A DNA stretch of 59,996 bases, counting the filler, from Squatina squatina (taxonomy: Eukaryota), in the NCBI GenBank assembly GCA_031763465.1. It is 4 parts of 3 records of this genome, joined end to end, with 100 filler letters (N's around TTAATTAATTAA, not from the genome) between each part and the next. Parts side by side here need not be neighbours in the genome. Positions count along the whole stretch, not along the records: positions 45,833 to 59,996 come from JARFOE010000162.1; 3 more parts are not named here. The stretch is one strand, 5' to 3'. Positions within the stretch are counted from its first letter, which is position 1. Every line of letters begins with the position of its first letter. Positions 51,245-59,996 of the stretch are shown piece after piece. The notes beneath the pieces are model-generated. The model did no database searches and was not told where the DNA came from. It saw only the letters and a program-made list of their open reading frames with translations. A program made the position numbers and the translations under genes.

Positions 51245-52131
51245 ATTCAGTGTCATAATAGGCAGTAGGTAAATGCGTGTTTTCCTTCCAACACTAATTT
51301 TGCTTTTTAAAAAAATCAGCTAAAAGAACACTGAACACTCTCAGCTTAATGGGGAGATATTGTGGCTTAATTATAATGCAGTTGCTTCTGATATTGTAAT
51401 CATCCTGCCTTTTACATCTGAGTAATAATCCTAAATTTTGTTTGTGTATTCATTTAAACCCCAAACATATCCTCAAGAAAAGACATTATGATATACATCT
51501 ATGTATAAATACTATAATGCATATTTTACAAGATTTAGCTCCAAATTAAGTAGTTAAAACACATCAAGCTAATTAAATTCTTAACCATCGTCTGCAAGAA
51601 ATGCATTGTTGGCTAGTAGATATAGTAATCTTAAAATGCATTGAGTATCACTAGACGTTTATTGTAGTGAATATGTACTTTGAAAATATTGTACCTTTCC
51701 TTGTATTTAGGAGCTGAGAGATCTAGAAAGGATACAGAACAGGGTGTTTGATTTAAGAATACCTTGATTATATTAAGTCAGGGTCTCGCAAAGAAAGATT
51801 TTTATGTTACGCTTGTGTTTCAGTGTAAAAGATTTTCATTCTGTTACTGTTTTTGCCTCTCCTGACAGTGCCTTATTCTGGCCACCAGAGGCTTTGAGCT
51901 ATTTGAATCCTTATTTCACAGTTCTGAGCAGGACCTCACAAAGACACATCACCTCATGCATGCTTCTTGCTATAAGCCTAGGAGAAAACCAAACCTGCCT
52001 TACAGTGAAAATGGACACAACTTCAATTCTGNNNNNNNNNNNNNNNNNNNNNNNNNNNNNNNNNNNNNNNNNNNNNNNNNNNNNNNNNNNNNNNNNNNNN
52101 NNNNNNNNNNNNNNNNNNNNNNNNNNNNNNN

Positions 52132-52510
52132 AGATTTGATAGAGGTGTTCAAAATCATGAATGGTTTTGATAGAGTAAATAAGGAGCACCTGTTTCCAGT
52201 GGCAGAAAGGTTGGTAACCAGAGGATGTCAATTTAAAGTGATAGGCAAAAAACGAGAGTTGACATGAGAAAAACATTTTTTTATGCAGCGAGTTGTGATC
52301 TGGAATACACTGCCTGAAAAGGTGACGGAAGCTGTTTAAATTGTAACTTTCATAGGGAATTTAATAAATACTTGAAGGGAAAAAAAATTACAGGGTATGA
52401 GGACATATCCAGGGAGTAGGACTAATTGCACAGCTCTTTCAAGGAACCGGCATAGGACGTGATGGCCAAATGGCCTCCTTCCGTACTGTAACATTCTATG
52501 ATTCTACGAT
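52132..52510 (+). mobile_element. CR1 LINE 3' end with (ATTCTATG)n-type tail
   Basis: DLIEVFKIMNGFDRVNKEHLFPVAERLVTRG..; ends ggcctccttccgtactgtaacattctatgattctacgat. Confidence 0.9.
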
Positions 52511-55500
52511 ACTACTGCAGTACAAGTTACAGCTAACCAAGTTTGAAGGATGGGAATCCCATGAGTTGGATGAGAAGGACCAAATCATGAGGACACATTA
52601 CCTTCAGGTAGAAGACACCTTTGGAGTTTTATTCACACCAATCGCTACCTAAAGGCACATGTTTACTCAGTGCACATGGAGGATTGAGCCTGAAACACCC
52701 CTGTCTACATGATTCAATAACCTTTACATACCCAGGGGAATTCTAATAGAATTTTAGTTCTCATTTCCCACCATGATGAAAAGTTTGATGAAGTGAATTA
52801 ACTAACGTGGGGACATTAAAAACCAACTACTTTATACTGATTAACAATTATAAGATATAAAATGTCGTAAATGTTATTTTTTTTCTGCACAATTACACCT
52901 TCCGGGTGTAAAATCCATAGCGTTTTTCTTGAGTATGATTTTATCTCTTTAGAGCCTTATCACATTTTCCTGTTCTGTAATGTCGAGATGTGTGTTAAAA
53001 TTTGGCTGCAACCGTAGAATGTGGTCACCTGACTGGCAACACTGAGCCAATGGGTTTGTGAGACATTAACCATTAAACTAAATATCAAGTGTCAAAACCA
53101 CAATCATAGTAAGCCAGCCACCTCAAGTCCATTAAATGACATCCAGGTTCCCCTTGGGCTGGAGTTCGCTAATCTTGGCCACGTCAGCTTTGGCACAAAG
53201 TAAAGACTGTCAGAGGCACAGTGTTGAAACAAGCCTGCTTGTGGAATAGTGCTGATGCCCTGTCCCCACTAAGGAAAACAATGTGGAAGTGGGGAGATAA
53301 CACTGGGGAGAATGATGGACGGAATTACAAAGCACCGGGAGGTAAGATTCACCTTGGTCGGGCAGTGTCGCAAAAGGGGTGCTGGCAAAGCAGCAGTTGT
53401 ACACTCTGCCCGATTCTCTATTCTGTTGATGCCAACCTTTTTAAAACGTGAAAAAACACGTCACTACTAAATGGGAATTTTTGGGCGCCTGACAGCGCGC
53501 AGGTGTTTTGAGGTTGTAAAACACAATCCTCGAATCTTGGTGACTGTTTGAGCACTTCAAAAGCTGCTCCCCTGATGCTCAGTGGGGACATACGTCACAC
53601 GGGGAGGTGCTGAGCCACACTGAACATGGAAGTCCGACAGCAGGACCTCCGGATCTGTGCCAATTTGGCTGATTTCAACTTGAGTGGTAATGCGGGTTGT
53701 ACAGTTGGCTTCTGCGCCCCAGGCTTATTGGGAAAAATTAGTCACGACTCTTGTGTTGACTCTCTGTCCAGTGTCCAGTGTTGAAAATTCAAGTGTGGAA
53801 GAAAAATCAGGTCAGGAGAAGGATTAGGCTCTCACCGCAAGTAATACCTTCTAGGAGAAAGGAGGAGAAACAAAAATCCTTCAATACCTGTGGTTCAAAA
53901 TCTCTTCAGCTCCGAAGGTCCATCCAGTACACTCGACAGAAGTTCAGAATTCACCTGGGCATAGAATGTGAGATGATACAGTGGAAGTCCACCAGGAAAT
54001 GAATTGCTTTTAAAATCTGCACATGCTTAACCAAATGATGCACTTACTTTGAGAGGTCCTTGGCTTCGACCTCCCTTGAAGACAGTGGACAGCACTCAAC
54101 TGGATCATGGACAATGCAGCCACCTGCTCCACAAGTGGAAGAATGAGGGACAACCCAAAGTGCGACTTTGACCATAGAAAACATCACATCAACCTGCCCA
54201 CTAAGATCTGTTGCAAGAGGCACCTCATTTCTCCACTCGGCATCTCAGGAGGACATTGAATGGATAGCCAAACTACACATCCCATTATAAACTTATGTCA
54301 TACGATAAAACAACAATCTAGTTCTGCATGACTAAATACATTAAAAACTCCTTGCAAATCAACCATATATATTTTAATAATATATAGAAACTTATTTTTA
54401 TGAAATTAAGGGTTGAGTAATATCACTACAAAATTACTATATTGCAGAACTCTAATGCTATTCCTCTCAAGCAAGAGTGGTTTATTTTTAATACAGATAA
54501 AGCATTATAGCAATATTATAGTGTGGCATGACTAAACATTTTATTCTAAATATTTTAGTGGAGTTCCTGAGTTTGCTATTTTAGGAGGAAATTAAAATGT
54601 AGACTATTGTGGTACCAATGGAAAAATTGTTAATTTGTTCCGTGTTCCATTCTACCCTGCAACAAAAGGAAATAGTTTATATCACAGATTTTTTGGAAGG
54701 AAATGAGTGAAGGCAACTCTGTACTACCTGTGGATAGATATTTCCTAGTTAACCTTAAACTACTTCTGGTTTAGGTCAAATTGACAGTAAGAACTTCATT
54801 GGTGTGAATAAACAACTGCACAATGATCAAATACACATTTTTCAATGAACTTTAATTGCTGTATTCATTGTAAGGCTAATTGTTCCTCTATGGCTGGTTA
54901 ACTCGCTATGTTCTAGCACTTTCAGAAACCCTTGTAGAAGAGTATCTCTTCAGCACCATAAATTGATAATGAATCTTTTATAAAATTAAGTGCCATTAGA
55001 TTTTTGTTAAATGTATTAGTATTACTTATGATAAAATAGAGCATTAGTGTTTTGTATTACTACCATTCTGCTGCTCTGTGNNNNNNNNNNNNNNNNNNNN
55101 NNNNNNNNNNNNNNNNNNNNNNNNNNNNNNNNNNNNNNNNNNNNNNNNNNNNNNNNNNNNNNNNNNNNNNNNNNNNNNNNNNNNNNNNNNNNNNNNNNNN
55201 NNNNNNNNNNNNNNNNNNNNNNNNNNNNNNNNNNNNNNNNNNNNNNNNNNNNNNNNNNNNNNNNNNNNNNNNNNNNNNNNNNNNNNNNNNNNNNNNNNNN
55301 NNNNNNNNNNNNNNNNNNNNNNNNNNNNNNNNNNNNNNNNNNNNNNNNNNNNNNNNNNNNNNNNNNNNNNNNNNNNNNNNNNNNNNNNNNNNNNNNNNNN
55401 NNNNNNNNNNNNNNNNNNNNNNNNNNNNNNNNNNNNNNNNNNNNNNNNNNNNNNNNNNNNNNNNNNNNNNNNNNNNNNNNNNNNNNNNNNNNNNNNNNNN

Positions 55501-56840
55501 NNNNNNNNNNNNNNNNNNNNNNNNNNNNNNNNNNNNNNNNNNNNNNNNNNNNNNNNNNATGACCGAAGACTGAAACAGTTTTGCTTCCTCACAAATCACT
55601 AAATACTGTCAAGATGATTTTCCTCTCAAACTTCCATGTGCCAAGCTTCACCCAGGACTAAAATGAATGTGTAAAACACTTAATGCATAGAGTCCACGTA
55701 AAGTGTCAAAACATCATTAGTGATAGCAAAAAGTTATTGCAGTTGGAAAAATTGCAGTCCATTTCTGTCCTTTATACGTTGTGTAGTAAATAGTAATTTT
55801 TTCCTGCATTTTGTTTTTAAATTACTGCATTCTGTCATGACAGGATGCTTATTGCATATGGTAATCATTATTTTTATATAGCATTTTATTTACATACTAC
55901 TGGTATTTGTACAAAATGTATTTCAGGTAAAGAGCAACATAATCACATTTTTACATGAGTGTTTGATCAGGTTTCATTTGCAATCTGTTGCTGCAGTTGA
56001 ATTTGTTGGACATTTGTATTGGTAGATCCAAAGAAGTATTTCGGCAAACATATTTACTTATTGTACATTATACTTTGACTGCTACCATGTTACTTTTGAA
56101 CAATTAAACTATGGAGCTTGAACTGCTAAATGCTCATTTACATTCATTCTGATTCCAACACATAATTTCATGAGGAAAGTGCTGCATGAAATATGAACAT
56201 TGAAACTTCTTGTTTTGTAGTTTTGGTAAAGAAAGGAAACCATGCAGTGACATTAACAATCTAAAGCATATTTGTTTTTTGATTCCTACTTGAAGCTAAC
56301 TTCACTGCTGAATCTGTTCAGTCTTATGTTTGCCTGTGTCTCCATTCACCCGTTAGCTGTAAAACCCCTTTATAGCTGCATCCAGAAATATTATCGCATC
56401 TATTTCTATTTGCAGATCATCATAAGATAATAAACTAAGGCAGAACATTTGTTTTTGATCATATTTCCCCACAATCCATTAATCCAGTCTGGCTTGATTT
56501 ATTTACTGGCTCCTTTATTTCTGTATAAGTTGAACCCAATAATATATTTGGAATGAATTGAGATTTTTTTTGCGGTATTNNNNNNNNNNNNNNNNNNNNN
56601 NNNNNNNNNNNNNNNNNNNNNNNNNNNNNNNNNNNNNNNNNNNNNNNNNNNNNNNNNNNNNNNNNNNNNNNNNNNNNNNATACTATAAACAGCACAAGCA
56701 TATCAAAATATATTTTACTTGCAACATTTACTAAAACATAAAAGCTTCCTGCAGTTTTCCTCAGATTTAAAACGGAAACATTACATGAAAAAAGCGCAAG
56801 TCACACCACTGCAAAATGTATAAAGGAAAGTTTACACACT

Positions 56841-56846
56841 TTTATT
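56841..56846 (-). terminator. TM9SF4: Candidate TM9SF4 polyadenylation signal
   Basis: tttatt on plus (AATAAA on minus) about 2.1 kb downstream of the TM9SF4 stop, after a U-rich UTR-like tract. Confidence 0.45.
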
Positions 56847-58939
56847 TTATATTGGACATTATATAAAGAGTAACATGCCTTCTGAAACAATTACATAATC
56901 AGTACATACAGTGCCTATGACCAAAAAGCCAAAGTACAAAATTGCATTTATTTACACCATTAAGTCACAAAAATTAAATGAATGAAACCACGGAGGGAAA
57001 AAAATCTGATGCAGAATTTCAAAAGGAGTATTTAAATATTTAGAAATGTACAAAACATAAAAGTTAAATCACAGTAAGTGTCATCACCCCTCCCACCTTC
57101 GAGGGCTATTTTACCACTAATTGTTGGAGAAACATGTACAGAAAAGCAAATCAACAGGTTTATCATATGTTGAAGAACAGCCAGAGACCAGGAGGTGTCT
57201 GTACTGGATGAAGTCAGTGCAGTATTTTGTAATACTTCATCAGTAGACTAGTAAATATAAGCATGGCAGCAGCCACTTGATAACTTCCATCTCTTTTATT
57301 GTTTTCATTTTCTATACAGTATTTCTCATTACAATTGCTCTGCAAAACTGCTCTTCCTCCTCCCTCAGTTCCTGTTTATTTAACATGTCTATTCTCTTTA
57401 GTCTGTCCTTTTGCCAACCTGCCAGTTTCCATGGCCCAATTCTTTCACAGTTCTTACAGCTGTCTCCTCTGACTGTATGTACTGCCAGGCGTGGAGGTTC
57501 TCTGAATTAGGAGCAGCCCATGGCTATAGGTTTTTCAGTGCTTAAGGGTAGCTTTGAAGCGAGCATGAATAAGTATACAAGAGAAGCCTATGGTGATTTA
57601 ACAGCAAGTTATTCTCCCCTCTGCCCATTGCTGTGTATTCAGAATTTGCACTGGTTTGAGCCAGTCTTCTTCGTTCACTTTTCTCAATTTGTCTNNNNNN
57701 NNNNNNNNNNNNNNNNNNNNNNNNNNNNNNNNNNNNNNNNNNNNNNNNNNNNNNNNNNNNNNNNNNNNNNNNNNNNNNNNNNNNNNNNNNNNNNNNNNNN
57801 NNNNNNNNNNNNNNNNNNNNNNNNNNNNNNNNNNNNNNNNNNNNNNNNNNNNNNNNNNNNNNNNNNNNNNNNNNNNNNNNNNNNNNNNNNNNNNNNNNNN
57901 NNNNNNNNNNNNNNNNNNNNNNNNNNNNNNNNNNNNNNNNNNNNNNNNNNNNNNNNNNNNNNNNNNNNNNNNNNNNNNNNNNNNNNNNATCAGCTTTTTG
58001 GTGTATAATCCACTTCAGTTGTTTGGCCCAACTGTAATTGTAGTAACAAATGTGTTCAGACAAGGTACACTTCAACTGAATCTGAAAACATTAAGAGTGA
58101 GTGGGAAATCCATCAACCAAATTCTAGGCATTCCATCTCTAGGACATTCCTCTCTGCGAGCAACTCTGCTTTCTTTTGTATTTGAGTACTTATGCGAGTA
58201 CTCAAATAGAATGGACATTGTCTGTTTACGAATACACTCACGTAAAGTTAGCCACCCTGGTGCTTCTTGTATATTACAAGTATTCTGTACTCATTAAAAA
58301 AGATAACTTTTTTCAAATTAGTGGAGCTACATACAAAGGACAAGTAGTGAATTTCTCTGATCAAACAAAAAAATGGCACTCAACAGACATTCCCTGGATC
58401 TCTCTTTGCAAACTGCCTCTGGCCTCAAATCTGTTGCAATTGTACACAAAAATTTCCATATCCTACTTAACTGCAAAATGCATGAACGTTTAAGATGCAA
58501 CTGCTTAAGGGGTAACAAGTATTTCCAGTAATAGATTTCTTTTTAAGTGTCCGGCACAATAACACTCAATGTGATGAAGTAGGTAAAAGCTAGTTTAATT
58601 CTTTATGTACAATGTTCACAATGACACATACTGGAACAAAGCTGGGAATGGATATCTCTGCATTTTATAATTGATGCCTATGCAGCATCCTAAATGTGTT
58701 TTTCTCCAGAAAGGGCATTTGTTTTCAAAACAAAACTGGCATATAAAAACTACCTCTTCGAAACTCCAATATTGTTGCCTAATCGCTCCAAAAGTGAACA
58801 CCGTGCAATTACCTAAATTGAAGGAATTTTTCAGAATTATATTCTTCGGAATCAAGAGGTGCTTGCCAACATGTCCATTAACATTTACAGTTAGAAGGCC
58901 CATCACATATATGAACTCCATATTGAGAGGCTGGTCTTT

Positions 58940-59089
58940 TCAGTCTATTTTTACAGCAGCGTAGATTTTTCTTATGAACATGTATGCAGCATAGAATCCA
59001 ATAGTTCCAGTTAGCAGCCAGAAAGAAAGCACCATCAGAGTTGTGTAGCCAAAATACAACAATGATGGGATGAATTCCACAATATCCAA
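58940..59089 (-). CDS. TM9SF4: Transmembrane 9 superfamily member 4, last coding exon
   Basis: Acceptor ttcttattcttttctag|[52 protein letters not shown] is nearly identical to the recalled human C-terminus with its KxD Golgi-retention motif. The ORF track shows only an off-frame ORF here. Confidence 0.95.
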   Translation of the reverse strand: MDIVEFIPSLLYFGYTTLMVLSFWLLTGTIGFYAAYMFIRKIYAAVKID

Positions 59090-59633
59090 CTAGAAAAGAA
59101 TAAGAACATGTGTTGAATTCTATGTCTAACATGTTTTGAACTTCAGTGCCAAAGAATAAACTGTAAAAAGTTTTTAAAATATCAAACTTCATCAGCAAAT
59201 CCATAATTTGTCAAAATTTAAAAAAGCAAATTTAGTCAGGTTTGATTTTTCATCATTCATACCTTATTAACAAAATAAAACATGGCTCTTGATGTCCTGA
59301 AAATGTCAAAGCTTTCTGTAGTACTAAGATTTTCCTTTAGAAGGTGCTCAACCATAGCTCTTATTACAAAGCCAGTAACAAAAATATGAAAGGGGAAACT
59401 GACTAGAATGTTTTATAACAAAGGACTTCAAAATAAAGTGGATTAAATGTGATAGTGTTTTGATTTGCATTTGCATACACAACATTACAATTAAATCATG
59501 ATCAAATTACTTCACAAAATGCTCTGTGATCTAATGCATCATGATCCTATTTTTTCCTACTATTGCATCCTTATGTTAACATTAAACTGATCACATTTCA
59601 AAAGCCAAATTTATGACTTGATGTGGACACAAT

Positions 59634-59996
59634 GACCCTGAAATTGCGATCTCCCCGGGCGGGTACGATGTTCCCACGTACCCGGGGAGACATCACAAAT
59701 GCCGGTTCTCAGGCTGCAATGCGCAAGCCCGCAGATCAGGCATTTGTGATCTGTCAAGAAAAATCTTGACAGATCCAACGCTTAGGCTGAAAAACAGATT
59801 TCCAGCACTGAGATTTTCTCAACGCTAACACTGGAAATCTGTGAAGTTTTTTTACACATGGTAAATCCTAGCGTATATGCTTGGTTTTACCAGCGTAAAG
59901 AGTTTTTAAAAAATTTAAAATAATAAAAATTAATGGTACATTACTTTAAAACCATTCCCAGTACGGTAAGTATGTTTTTAAACATTTCAAAAGAGT
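59634..59996. mobile_element. Non-autonomous repeat (left end) in the TM9SF4 last intron
   Basis: Begins gaccctgaaattgcg. Perfect 12-bp palindrome at 59748-59775. Related to 33565-34108. Confidence 0.55.

Noticed and set aside
57242-58300. Protein-looking short frames, possible decayed gene or viral insert
   Set aside because: No recognisable family or consistent splice structure. The region is explained as TM9SF4 3' UTR.

Overview
Vertebrate genomic DNA, most likely from a cartilaginous fish (shark-type CR1 LINEs, a Deu-domain SacSINE1-like SINE, slowly evolving proteins). The draft is gap-rich. It is not one locus: four unrelated scaffolds are joined by artificial N44-TTAATTAATTAA-N44 spacers at 18493-18592, 31506-31605 and 45733-45832. 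Segment 1 (1-18492) is intronic DNA carrying one PDE7B exon. Segment 2 (18593-31505) holds the MFAP3L terminal exon and the 3' end of CLCN3, including the 76-nt ClC-3B cassette exon and a terminal exon that codes in two frames. Segment 3 (31606-45732) holds the last exon of EPS15L1, convergent with a nearly complete KLF2 and its promoter. Segment 4 (45833-59996) holds a pogo-family transposase relic and part of the PLAGL2 terminal exon, convergent with the last exon of TM9SF4. The PDE7B, CLCN3 and TM9SF4 exons are missing from the supplied ORF track and were read by hand. Best leads: (1) the TTATATAC-N5-MEF2 composite element of the KLF2 promoter, present here with a second inverted copy of identical spacing; (2) the conserved ClC-3A/ClC-3B dual-frame switch ending in a PDZ ligand; (3) the same-strand adjacency of CLCN3 and MFAP3L; (4) a Cys-to-Gly change in the last PLAGL2 zinc finger. 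I see no evidence for a wholly new multi-gene system. Gene identities rest on my recall of vertebrate orthologues, not on database searches.
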